This document shows positions 1-9,326 of a stretch of 64,000 nucleotides of DNA, piece by piece. This DNA comes from an uncultured Candidatus Saccharibacteria bacterium. Lineage in GTDB: Bacteria > Patescibacteriota > Minisyncoccia > UBA6257 > 2-01-FULL-56-20. Each line of letters begins with the position of its first letter. The first letter of the stretch is position 1. The stretch covers positions 31,773-95,772 of the forward strand of contig CAYHZA010000003.1 of assembly GCA_964361095.1 (NCBI GenBank), given 5' to 3'. A program made the translations under genes and the position numbers. The notes beneath the pieces were generated by a model. It saw only the letters and a program-made list of their open reading frames with translations, was not told the DNA's origin and ran no database searches.

Positions 1-344
1 TCAATAAGTTTATTGACAATGGCAACAATCGCCTCGCGAATTTCCGGATTCTCAACACTCCGCGATCGGTTTCCATGTTGGGGCTTCAGATTAATCATGG
101 AATCAAACTCTATCCACTCATCCTCTTTCTTTTCCTGATACAGATTGATTCCCCATGTATGCTCGCGTTTCGATTGGCACTGTTCGGTAAGCACCGTTTC
201 TTCGTCGGCATGAAGTTCACCTCCGATTGCCATAACACCCTGCGATATATCCACTACTGCCTTTACAAAATTTCCGAATCCCGCTTGAGCAATACGAGTT
301 AATTCTTCCCGTGTGACGGGTTCCTTGATGAGAATAATTTCCAT
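1..344 (-). CDS. DUF5674-like hypothetical protein (3' end outside window)
   Basis: Manually translated from ATG 344: MEIILIKEPVTREEL...VKAVVDISQGVMAIGGELHADEE...WGINLY...IEFDSMINLKP..GNRSRSVENPEIR; the frame is open to the window edge. Confidence 0.75.
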   Translation of the reverse strand, partial: MEIILIKEPVTREELTRIAQAGFGNFVKAVVDISQGVMAIGGELHADEETVLTEQCQSKREHTWGINLYQEKKEDEWIEFDSMINLKPQHGNRSRSVENPEIREAIVAIVNKLI

Positions 345-437
345 AGCAACTACATTGTAGCAGATACCGTCTAACTATCTATTGGCCATTACCTAATCCC
401 GCCGGAGGTTAAGAGAAGTTTCATTAGATTTTTCGAA

Positions 438-827
438 TCATTTTTTCACTTTTTTTGCATGCTTTTTGAGCCATGAGGCGACAATCGGCACGTCGAGCTT
501 CTGCGTCACCACGCGGAGTGTGAATTCTTCTACTTGCTTATTCCCCGCCATAAATTCGTATCCATTAACAAACAAAAATCGCACTGCAGCGGCGAATGCC
601 GTGCGTTTATTGCCATCCACAAAAACGTGATGTTTCGCGAAGGAGTCAAAATACGCAGCGGCTTTATGGAACACATCGGGATAAAGCTCCTCTCCGCCGT
701 AACGTGCCTTGGGGCGTTCAATGGCCGAGAGAAAAAGGCCGACATCCCGTATGCCATGCGCGCCGCCAGTCTTTTCAATAATTTCGTTGTGGATCTCCAA
801 AATATCCTCGCCAGCAAGATACCGCAT
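438..827 (-). CDS. Doc/Fic-family type II toxin
   Basis: Fic/Doc motif HVFVDGNKRTA; GIRDVGLFLSAIERP. Confidence 0.9.
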   Translation of the reverse strand: MRYLAGEDILEIHNEIIEKTGGAHGIRDVGLFLSAIERPKARYGGEELYPDVFHKAAAYFDSFAKHHVFVDGNKRTAFAAAVRFLFVNGYEFMAGNKQVEEFTLRVVTQKLDVPIVASWLKKHAKKVKK

Positions 828-833
828 GCGATG

Positions 834-1067
834 CTATTTTTTAGCAAGCGCCTCAAGTGCGGGGCGGTAACGCTCGATAAACTTCTCCGTCCAGCCGACA
901 AGCTCCTTGTCCGATACTCGTGTAATCGGCCGAATCGAAACCACGCGTTTTTGCCTGTCTACTTTGACTATTACGCGATCGCCGATCTTCAGCCCCAACT
1001 CCTTCAAGGATTCTTTGGGAATCGTAACCGCCGCCGAGGTTCCTACTTTTAATACTTTTTGCGTCAT
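834..1067 (-). CDS. AbrB/MazE/SpoVT-family antitoxin
   Basis: KVGTSAAVTIPKESLKELGLKIGD swapped-hairpin motif, directly upstream of the doc gene. Confidence 0.88.
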   Translation of the reverse strand: MTQKVLKVGTSAAVTIPKESLKELGLKIGDRVIVKVDRQKRVVSIRPITRVSDKELVGWTEKFIERYRPALEALAKK

Positions 1068-1073
1068 ATGTTG

Positions 1074-1101
1074 ATTATAATCGTATTATAATGCCTGTCA
1101 A
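1074..1101 (-). promoter_or_regulatory. sigma70 promoter of the TA operon, with overlapping palindrome (possible operator)
   Basis: TTGACA-16 nt-TATAAT a few nt before the ATG; ATTATAAT..ATTATAAT symmetry. Confidence 0.7.
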
Positions 1102-1273
1102 ATGCCTTACTCTCTAAGTTTTAATGTCTAGACCCTAACACCTACTACCTAATTTCTAGCTAACTACCGACTTCCTACCCACCAACCCCTAATGGCTAAT
1201 CCATCGGAGCATGGTTTGAAAAAAAAGCCCCAACATTCCTGTTGGGGCCTGTATCTCTAGAGGGCGTTCCCGA

Positions 1274-1489
1274 TCATGCATCGGCAAAGGCGCAGTCATT
1301 CGAACAGTACACTGCAACATGTGCCGGAGGGATGGGGTTACCGCATCCCTGGTACTCGCATGTTCTTCCAAATGGATGATTCTTGGGAGTGAGCCATCCC
1401 CTGTCTTTGCATGCTGAGCACCCATAGCCGCCACACATGTCACACTGAACGGAATCAGCCGGGTAGTTCTTGTCTTTCGGGATATCCAC
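1274..1489 (-). CDS. small Cys-rich (zinc-binding) hypothetical protein
   Basis: CxxC pairs, YCSxxC; SD GGAGG upstream. Confidence 0.6.
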   Translation of the reverse strand: MDIPKDKNYPADSVQCDMCGGYGCSACKDRGWLTPKNHPFGRTCEYQGCGNPIPPAHVAVYCSNDCAFADA

Positions 1490-1504
1490 GATTTCCTCCT
1501 TCCG

Positions 1505-1831
1505 TTAGGAAATTGACCACCCGGCATATATGCCAGCGTTCTCACGCTCCATAACCACAATGTCGTGGCCCACCTCCGGTGAAGCAGCTCCATGAAACGG
1601 CCCATTCACGACATTGAGCACGGTCAAGGTGAGGGTCATGGTATCGTCCTTCACAACCTTCTCTTTCACCCTGACTTTGATGTGAGCTCCGTCTTCACAG
1701 TAGTACCGCTCTTCTCCAACTTCGACAAGATCACCTTGAAACATTTTCTCCTCCCGCGGCAAAGCCGCTTTCATGATAAAACCCAAACGAATTGCTGCAG
1801 GTACGATGGCATATAAAATGTTATTCGTCAA
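1505..1831 (-). CDS. hypothetical protein (start uncertain)
   Basis: 108-aa ORF, co-oriented with its neighbours. Confidence 0.5.
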   Translation of the reverse strand: MTNNILYAIVPAAIRLGFIMKAALPREEKMFQGDLVEVGEERYYCEDGAHIKVRVKEKVVKDDTMTLTLTVLNVVNGPFHGAASPEVGHDIVVMERENAGIYAGWSIS

Positions 1832-2133
1832 GTGCTCCTATCAGTCCGCTCACAAGGACCTGGTGGAAATATTCCAGGCGGTGCTACGACACAACTCGTT
1901 GACCTCCTGACCGCAAAGACCGCCCGTGATCTCGGCATCGATCTTGCCGTAACGAGTGCAAACAAAACCAAGGGGAAACTACAGTAAGAATCTCCCCGCT
2001 CACGAAGAGGCTTATAGACAATTCATCGTCTGTAAGCCTCTTTTTATTTTCTAAAATATTTTTCCTATCCTTTAAAAACCCCAATAAAAAAAGACCGTTC
2101 TCGGTCAGCGAGCTCATATAGAGCATTGAAGGG

Positions 2134-2349
2134 CTACTCCTTTTCTCTCTCGTTGCGCAACCTTTGATATTCCTTGTCTGCCAGTTGAAGCGCCATGTCG
2201 AGCTGAAACGCGGTAATGGCTGATTTCGTTTTCAGGCCGCGTTCAAATCCTCTGAGCTCCCCTTCCGCCTGCGGCCACAGTTCGAGAATCTGCTCTTTAG
2301 TCCAGATCTCCTTTCTCTGCCCTTTCTTGTCTACTATTGCCATATACAC
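2134..2349 (-). CDS. hypothetical protein
   Basis: ORF with AGGAGGAG SD. Confidence 0.55.
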   Translation of the reverse strand: MYMAIVDKKGQRKEIWTKEQILELWPQAEGELRGFERGLKTKSAITAFQLDMALQLADKEYQRLRNEREKE

Positions 2350-2520
2350 TCCTCCTATGCGTGTCGATCAGTGAATTGATAAAATCTTTCTAAACCTATC
2401 CTCCCACCTTTCCTACTGCATGGCAAGCTATCAAAAAACCAAAAGACTGGAAATTTCTCTTCTCATAATAAAAAAGTGCAGACCAATGAGGCCTGCACTG
2501 TGATAATGTCGAAAGCTTCT

Positions 2521-2892
2521 TCAGCTTTCGAGTAGTTCGTACGTTCCCGGTTCGAAAACGTACATGTCGAGAGCGTGCGGAGAAATTTCGCGAAGTAGCA
2601 CGGCTGCCTCATTTTTTCCGGCTTGTTCGAGCACCTCGATGACCTCGTCCGCGTACGCGAGGCGCGTACCCGGAGGCATATCGGCAAAACCCTCACCGAG
2701 ATCTTTGCTCTCGAAGATGACCGGAATTTTCATTCCGACCAGCGCTTCGCGAATCACGAGAGGAGTTTTCTCATCGGGGTCCAGTGTAATCACGCGCACC
2801 TTCTCGTGCTTTCCTTTCATGAACGATCCGGGCATTCCGAATGGAGCAAAAACACGTCCCTCGGAACCGACGATCGCTATCGTTGGGATCAT
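2521..2892 (-). CDS. hypothetical protein
   Basis: 123-aa ORF with AGGAGGT SD. Confidence 0.65.
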   Translation of the reverse strand: MIPTIAIVGSEGRVFAPFGMPGSFMKGKHEKVRVITLDPDEKTPLVIREALVGMKIPVIFESKDLGEGFADMPPGTRLAYADEVIEVLEQAGKNEAAVLLREISPHALDMYVFEPGTYELLES

Positions 2893-2923
2893 CTTATTAC
2901 CTCCTTTTTATGGTAATCGTGAT

Positions 2924-4024
2924 TTACGTAAAAAATTTCACAAGATCGGCGTAATGGCCGTGACGCTTTTTCACCACGCGCTTCAACTTCTGAAGCGCCT
3001 CCTCGTAAATCTGGCGAACACGTTCCCTGCAGAGACCATGCACGATCCCGATCTCATTCAGAGTCTGTCGCGGAACATAATCACCAAAACCCAAAAAACG
3101 TTCCACGACATCCCTTTGCCTGGCATCCAGGCAAGATAGAAGTTCCGTTACCAATCCGCGCATTTCGTTTTCTGCGCAGATATCTTCGGGAGAAGGAGTA
3201 CGATGGTCACTCAAGACCATGAAAAGATCGCTCCCATTTTCCGTGTGACTCGATAAACGCGCGTTAATTGACTTCGGCTCCTGAGCTAGAATCATCAGCT
3301 GGGAAACTTTCTTTTCAGAAAGGTCCATGTCCTTCGCCACAGCAGAGTCAAGATCTTCAGCCGCAACTCCTCTCGTAAACAATTCCCCGCGGCGGCGACT
3401 GATCTTATTAACCTGCTCTGCAATCTTCGACGGAAGACGAATGGTACGTTTTTGTTCGTTCATTCCTTCCAATATCCTTCTGCGGATCCAAGGAAAGGCG
3501 TGTGTGGAGAACTTGTTGTTGTAGCGATAATCATATCGCTCGACCGCGTCGACAAGACCGATGTTGCCGTCCTGTAGGATATCGGCAGAACTATAGACCT
3601 CGTCACCGTAGTAACTCCTCGCCACCTTGAATACCAGCCCGATATTCGCATGATACAAGAGCGAATACGCGCTCATATAGCGCGCCCGCTCCAAATCCGC
3701 TTCATGCGCGAGCTCCCTCAATACTCTGCCCCGTTTTTTCTTGGCGTATTCCGTGAGTTTTCCGCAAAGATGCCAGATCTCTTCAAAACCGAACACTTTC
3801 GACTTGCGAGACTTCTCCCGGTCTTCGGGCATCACGAAAGCGCGGCAATCCTCGGGCAAGCGTCGGACCATGGCCTTGAGCGCTTCTCTTGCCTCTGCCA
3901 TGTCGCGGCCCAGCTCTTTCTCTTTTTCTTCGGTCAACAATCCCCGATCCTTGGATTTACCTCTGTCTTTGGGAAATTGCTGTTCTGCTTCGAAAAAGAT
4001 TTCGGCTATCGGCTTTGGATTCAC
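2924..4024 (-). CDS. RpoD/RpoS-like sigma-70 family factor (second copy)
   Basis: Region 2 ANIGLVFKVAR..DILQDGNIGLVDAVERYDYRYNNKFSTHAFPWIR; region 4 TLNEIG...RERVRQIYEEALQKL. Confidence 0.88.
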   Translation of the reverse strand: MNPKPIAEIFFEAEQQFPKDRGKSKDRGLLTEEKEKELGRDMAEAREALKAMVRRLPEDCRAFVMPEDREKSRKSKVFGFEEIWHLCGKLTEYAKKKRGRVLRELAHEADLERARYMSAYSLLYHANIGLVFKVARSYYGDEVYSSADILQDGNIGLVDAVERYDYRYNNKFSTHAFPWIRRRILEGMNEQKRTIRLPSKIAEQVNKISRRRGELFTRGVAAEDLDSAVAKDMDLSEKKVSQLMILAQEPKSINARLSSHTENGSDLFMVLSDHRTPSPEDICAENEMRGLVTELLSCLDARQRDVVERFLGFGDYVPRQTLNEIGIVHGLCRERVRQIYEEALQKLKRVVKKRHGHYADLVKFFT

Positions 4025-4262
4025 GTCATCTCTCCTATCGTTTGTAATTCGTTAAATATTCTATCGAATATTCGGTTGTCAAAAACCAAGTGCTCAAATG
4101 AACAGCCGGTAAAACTTTTCATACTTTACCACGATAAACTATTTTTGGCAATAGCTCGCATAATACCAGCCATTTTTTATTCTTTCGACATTTTTTCGCA
4201 CAAAAAAAGGGCCTGGCGGAAGCCAAGCCCAGTATTGGTGTTGAGAAACCGACGAATGAGCG

Positions 4263-4644
4263 CTAGAGAAGACCGCGCTCCTTCATGAGATCGTAGGTGA
4301 TGCGTTCGTTCGAGTCGATCGGCGGGGATTCGTAGAGAGAGTCTGATGCCTCGTCATTGACGTCGGCCGCGATTGCAGCTCTCCTCGGCTCGGCAGCGCG
4401 CTCGTAGGCTGCACGAAGCTCGCCATTCGAGAGTACCGCGAGTTCCTTCTTGCGCTTCCGGTACCAAGCTTCTGCCTGAAAGCCCTCGGGGGAAGGAACA
4501 CCAGATGTCGCTGATGACCTCCCTAAGCGGCTTCTCCGCTTCAAGAAGCTCCGAGATCTCACCGTCGGTCAGCGCGGCATACTTCTTGAGAAGCAATGAA
4601 AACAGCTCGCGGATCTTCTCTTCGCTCAACGTCTCAGTTGTCAA
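4263..4644 (-). pseudogene. hypothetical gene split by a frameshift near 4490
   Basis: Protein-like N-half (4644 ORF, SD upstream) and protein-like C-half (4562 ORF frame) switch frame at a C5 run. Confidence 0.45.
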
Positions 4645-4842
4645 GGCTTTTTCCTCCTCTGCAATGAAATGGAATGAAAAAATATCTATCCATGTTTTAC
4701 ATCAGGAAGCATTGGGAAGTCAAGCCGATGTACTCGTCTCATACAAAAAATTGACAGAATGGCGCATATACCCTATGAATTAACATAGCATCTATTGAAA
4801 GGAGAGGTGCGCAGAAATCCTAATGGAGGGAGGTGATACACA

Positions 4843-4992
4843 ATGACTGGTCCCAAGGACGACGATTCGTGCGACAAGGGTGATTCCACCCAAACCGTCG
4901 GCGAGTATGTCTCGAATCCCGCAAGTGCCTTCGATGGGCTCTTCAGTGGCGGATCAAGCTCCGACGATTCGGAGTGCGAGGAAGACGAGTAG
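4843..4992 (+). CDS. 49-aa acidic small protein
   Basis: GGAGGTG SD; MTGPKDDDSCDKGDS...DDSECEEDE; TTGACA at 4751. Confidence 0.5.
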   Translation: MTGPKDDDSCDKGDSTQTVGEYVSNPASAFDGLFSGGSSSDDSECEEDE

Positions 4993-5294
4993 TTCCATCT
5001 AACCCGAACCAGACAACCTGAAATCGCTCAGCGCCACGCACTGGAACGTCAACCGCAACACGCTCTGCGGCAATCCAACCGCACCATCTTTCAATAACTA
5101 TTTTCCCTCGTGGTGATTACACCCACGAGGCAATGCCCCGCTCACGATTTTTTGTGCAGCGGGGTTTGTGTTTTTAAAGTAACTATAAAGAACAGCGCGG
5201 CCACTTTGGTCACGCTTCAATTTTACAAAATAGAGATACACCTTGCGGAATACGGAAAAACCGTATAGAATCACAAGGTATTTTCACATTCACT

Positions 5295-6035
5295 ATGGAA
5301 GAAAACCAAGAACTCACCAAACAGGAACGTCGGCTCTTACGGCAAGACGAAAAGGAAGCCGCCCGCGAAAAAACAAAGCGAGCACGCCTCATGAAACGCC
5401 TCACCCTTTGGACGCTTCTTTTTTTGGGCATCGGCGGAGCTATGTTCGGCCTCGTGCGCATGAGCGGCGAAGGAACCGGCCAAACCGCGACGCTTCTTAA
5501 TACCATCTCCGCGACCAGCTGGGTCAAGGGAAACGCGGAGGCAAAGGTAACCCTTATTGAATACAGCGACTTCCAATGTCCCGCCTGCGGAACATATTAC
5601 CCTATCGTAAAAAAATTATTGGAAGATTATGGCGATCGCATCCGCTTCGTTTATCGCCACTTCCCTTTGCGCCAGATACACAAAAATGCCGACATCGCCG
5701 CTCAAGCTGCGGAGGCAGCCGGAGTTCAGGGAAAGTTCTGGGAGATGCATAATGCAATCTTCGAACATCAGCGCGACTGGTCGGAATCCTCGGACGCCAA
5801 AAAAATGTTTATTGAATATGCGACGACAATCGGTCTTGACGAAGATCAATTCTTGAAAGACTTAGGGAACAAAACAGCGAAAGAAAAAATTGACGAAGAC
5901 CTCCAAAGCGGCCTCTCAGCCGGAGTGAACGCTACACCAAGCTTTTTCTTAAACGGTCAAAAAATGCCCCAGCCGAAAGGCCTTGACGACTTCAAACGAC
6001 AACTTGATGCCGCCCTCCTCATCGCCAATTCCTAA
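5295..6035 (+). CDS. DsbA-family thioredoxin-fold oxidoreductase, membrane anchored
   Basis: EYSDFQCPACG, YRHFPL, GKFWEMH, GVNATPSFFLNG. Confidence 0.92.
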   Translation: MEENQELTKQERRLLRQDEKEAAREKTKRARLMKRLTLWTLLFLGIGGAMFGLVRMSGEGTGQTATLLNTISATSWVKGNAEAKVTLIEYSDFQCPACGTYYPIVKKLLEDYGDRIRFVYRHFPLRQIHKNADIAAQAAEAAGVQGKFWEMHNAIFEHQRDWSESSDAKKMFIEYATTIGLDEDQFLKDLGNKTAKEKIDEDLQSGLSAGVNATPSFFLNGQKMPQPKGLDDFKRQLDAALLIANS

Positions 6036-6468
6036 GTGGATTCTCTTCGGCCTGCTCGGCTTCGCGCTTTTTGGATTTGCTGACGCCGCATACCTCACCG
6101 CGGAGCATTATATCGGAGCGATTCCTCCATGCTCAATCGTAAAGGGATGTGAACAGGTACTCACGAGTTCTTATGCCACGATAGCGGGTTTCCCTACCGC
6201 TCTCTTCGGCACACTTTTTTATCTTGCCGCGTTTCTTCTCGTCATTATGTACAAAGAAACAGGCAATATAAAATTTTTTAATATCCTCTTCGCGTTCTCC
6301 TTCGCCGCGTTCCTTGCTTCGCTTGGATTCGTCTATATACAACTTTTTGTCTTGAAGGCGATCTGCCTCTACTGCATGGGATCGGCAGTAACCTCAACGC
6401 TTATTTTTCTTTTCGCATCCGTGGCAATTTGGAAAAGCCGTGCGAAAAACCTATCAATTATAGCGTAG
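5983..6468 (+). CDS. vitamin K epoxide reductase (VKOR) family protein
   Basis: CSIVKGCEQVLTSSYA and ICLYCM; 4 TM; adjacent to DsbA. Confidence 0.9.
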   Translation: MTTSNDNLMPPSSSPIPKWILFGLLGFALFGFADAAYLTAEHYIGAIPPCSIVKGCEQVLTSSYATIAGFPTALFGTLFYLAAFLLVIMYKETGNIKFFNILFAFSFAAFLASLGFVYIQLFVLKAICLYCMGSAVTSTLIFLFASVAIWKSRAKNLSIIA

Positions 6469-6567
6469 TAAAACGGCACCACAGTATTTTCGGAAAAAAC
6501 TATTTTAAAAAAGAAGCCATGTCCCAAAAAAAAGACATGGCTATGTATAGAAAAACCTTACACGTGG

Positions 6568-6915
6568 TTAGGCTACGGCAGCTCTCTGCAAGGAAAAGTC
6601 AGAGGAAACAGGAAAGACATACTCGCGGTGAACGGGAACCGGCACAGCGAGGATCGTAATCGTAAGATCATACAACCCGTCCGCATTGAGAAGTCGCTTC
6701 TCGACAATCCGCCGCGCCGCCATACGCGCCGCCTGTTCCGTGGAAGCGTCAACCGCATCGTTCCGCCAGATAATTCCTGAGCGCTTGCCATGAGGTCCAC
6801 AGAGATACGAAACGGTTGCCGTACAAAGAAACGTCATAGCTCCCCCAAGGATAAGGTGATTCGTGAATTCGTACTGTATCAAAAAAAGAAGCGGTTTGCA
6901 ATTATCCCAAACCAA
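6568..6915 (-). CDS. hypothetical protein (likely start ~6837)
   Basis: ORF only. Confidence 0.4.
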   Translation of the reverse strand: MVWDNCKPLLFLIQYEFTNHLILGGAMTFLCTATVSYLCGPHGKRSGIIWRNDAVDASTEQAARMAARRIVEKRLLNADGLYDLTITILAVPVPVHREYVFPVSSDFSLQRAAVA

Positions 6916-6976
6916 AAAAACGAGTTTGCCCCTAGGTGGTCACTGAAAATTTTTTAAAAACTACGTGAACTTTTTC

Positions 6977-7741
6977 TTATTTCGCCGGAGGCAAAAAAAT
7001 AAAGGTCATCTGCATATGGCTATTCAAGCCGAAGTCCCCGGGAATCGCTCCGTGCGCTACGCCGTCGCTCTGATACATAAGCGCGATAAGTGACACTGTT
7101 GTCTTTGTACTCAATTCGAGAGGAGTCGTACTTATCACAACCGAACCGTTACCACTCTTATCCGATTTGAATGAATTTTGCGAACCGTCGCCTGCGCCGC
7201 AAGGTTTATCGGAAACATTCACATTCGGAGGAAATGTAAGCCGCGAACACCAAAGGGTATATGTTGCATTCGGCACAAGCTTGGAAAACGAGAGTTTTAA
7301 TTCCGCGGTATTTCCCGAAACAATGTACGTCCCGCCTCCCGTTGCCGCGGACCACTGCTTCAGCGTCAAACCGAGAGACTTGCCTTTCGCGAATGGTCCT
7401 ACGGGATTCGTTCCTATCTTGAAGATATCATGCGGAACGGCGGTAGCTGCGACATAGAGCATCTTTGCCTGCGTCGTTGTTTTTTTCGCTTCGGCGCCCT
7501 CAATGCGGATCACCTTTGTCTTATCCGTAGGATGTTCAACAAAAACATCCTGTTCGGGAAGCCCCATCGCGATATAACCCAAAAACTTCACGTCGGTACT
7601 CAAAGCTTTCGCCTCTTTCCAAGAATTAACCGAAGATTCGTCGGTGAGTGAGGGACCCATACGTATAAGAGGAAAAAGAACCGCGGCAAGAACAGCCAAA
7701 GCGATAATGAAGATGATCAATACGATAGTTTTTTTATTCAT
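6977..7741 (-). CDS. membrane-anchored secreted hypothetical protein
   Basis: N-terminal hydrophobic helix followed by a beta-rich domain. Confidence 0.7.
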   Translation of the reverse strand: MNKKTIVLIIFIIALAVLAAVLFPLIRMGPSLTDESSVNSWKEAKALSTDVKFLGYIAMGLPEQDVFVEHPTDKTKVIRIEGAEAKKTTTQAKMLYVAATAVPHDIFKIGTNPVGPFAKGKSLGLTLKQWSAATGGGTYIVSGNTAELKLSFSKLVPNATYTLWCSRLTFPPNVNVSDKPCGAGDGSQNSFKSDKSGNGSVVISTTPLELSTKTTVSLIALMYQSDGVAHGAIPGDFGLNSHMQMTFIFLPPAK

Positions 7742-7873
7742 TGATAAATTATTATATAAGACCTTATGTAATTCAGTATAGCAAATCCGAGAACAATTTC
7801 TACCTACGCACTACGCAAATAAAAAAACGCCGTGCCACCGGGGAAAACAGATCCCCTATGACACGGCTAATGT

Positions 7874-8389
7874 TTAGTGAGTGAAAGCGCTCTCGATGTC
7901 AACGCAGAAATCAAACACTGTTGCGGGACTTGCGCAGGCAACGAGGGTCGCAAGAACCACTAGGAGGTCAACCTCGGCTTTGAGCGAAATATTAACCTTG
8001 CAATTGTTCTGAGCACACTCCCCCATCCACGAGTCGAGGATATTTCGCGCTCGATTGCAATGCTCCGGGCCCAACGTAACGACTTCTCCGCGATGGCGGA
8101 TGCGGCTCATCCGATTGACAAGCTGAGCCATAATGCGAAGCAAGGCGCGCTCGGCATTCTCCTCTATGGCGACATGGTAGTGCTTCGTCCTGCACGCGGT
8201 AAGCCATCCCCTGAAACGCTTCTCCGCTTTTCCCAAATCTTCGCTTGTAAAGATCACCGACACCTCCTCCCTCTTAAAACATGCTAAATTATTTCTACCA
8301 TAGATTCCGCATGTGTCAAGACAATCGTAAAAATATCCTTCTGCGTTATACTCATAGAAACAAAAGTCGAAAAAATAAAAAACAATCAT
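7874..8389 (-). CDS. hypothetical protein with internal repeat (true start probably ~8260)
   Basis: Two similar segments (F/L..WL..C...H/N); GAGGAGG SD at ~8265. Confidence 0.5.
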   Translation of the reverse strand: MIVFYFFDFCFYEYNAEGYFYDCLDTCGIYGRNNLACFKREEVSVIFTSEDLGKAEKRFRGWLTACRTKHYHVAIEENAERALLRIMAQLVNRMSRIRHRGEVVTLGPEHCNRARNILDSWMGECAQNNCKVNISLKAEVDLLVVLATLVACASPATVFDFCVDIESAFTH

Positions 8390-8786
8390 GGTAAAAGTTC
8401 TTAGTGTTGATCATATAAAAATTTCCGTAAGCGATTACAAAAAATCGAAGGCGTTCTACACGCGCCTTATGAAGCTTTTGGGATTTAAGCGCTTCATGGA
8501 GGGGAAAAATTATATCGGCTGGAAAAATCAGGCGACGAGATTTTTCATCGCGCAAGCGAACTCAAAGTACAAAAAGGCGCGTTTTCACGAGGGAATGATC
8601 GGGTACCATCACGTATCCTTCACCGTGCGAAACCGAAAAGACGTAGACGCGGTAGGCGCGTTTTTGAAACGGAACAAAGTGGAAATCATCGATCCCCCGA
8701 TGGAGCACTACGGCGGTCCGATGTACGCCACGTTCTTTCGCGATCCGGACGGCATGAAAATTGAGGTGATGTACTGGGGAAAGTAA
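8388..8786 (+). CDS. VOC/glyoxalase family protein
   Basis: DHIKISVSD..KSKAFY, HHVSF, FRDPDGMKIEV. Confidence 0.9.
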   Translation: MVKVLSVDHIKISVSDYKKSKAFYTRLMKLLGFKRFMEGKNYIGWKNQATRFFIAQANSKYKKARFHEGMIGYHHVSFTVRNRKDVDAVGAFLKRNKVEIIDPPMEHYGGPMYATFFRDPDGMKIEVMYWGK

Positions 8787-8835
8787 AAAACAAGGCTCGG
8801 TGAGGAGCCTTGGAATATGGTGCATAGAAGACAAA

Positions 8836-9282
8836 TCACTCTTCGAACGCGACGGTGATGTCGGAGTCTTCCCTGCCAGGCGAGTGAAAATCGAAGACAT
8901 GGAAAAAACGCAGAACATCGCCTGATTCGAGCGAACAGTGGGTACCGATGTGTTCTTCTACGCCATTCCAACCGATGGCAAAGATCGCACCGTTCCGCAC
9001 GAGGCACGTCTCCATCCCGAGGGAGATTCTCCAGATTTTACCCGCACGCCAGAGATCACCTACATGCCAACTGCCGAGTTTCACAGGAACCTTCCCCTTC
9101 GTGATTCTTTCAACCGCAAGAAGTGGTTTGCCACCGAGCATGAGAACGAGCGGCTGGTTCAGCACCGATGGAGCTTCGATATCCTCCCGAACACGCCTGA
9201 ACAATTTCAGCATTACAACCTCCTCATAAAATTGAATTGTGCTTGCTATTCGCATTAAAAACGAAAACCCACCGAAAAGCAA
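8836..9282 (-). CDS. hypothetical protein (likely start ~9213)
   Basis: ORF; GAGGAGG SD before MLKLF. Confidence 0.5.
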   Translation of the reverse strand: MLFGGFSFLMRIASTIQFYEEVVMLKLFRRVREDIEAPSVLNQPLVLMLGGKPLLAVERITKGKVPVKLGSWHVGDLWRAGKIWRISLGMETCLVRNGAIFAIGWNGVEEHIGTHCSLESGDVLRFFHVFDFHSPGREDSDITVAFEE

Positions 9283-9326
9283 GGAGAAGCTTCAATTTAT
9301 CAGGAAATGGCGCTAAAATTAACTCA

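Noticed and set aside
1130-1200. CTA-rich quasi-heptamer tract
   Set aside because: Too degenerate to define a unit or function
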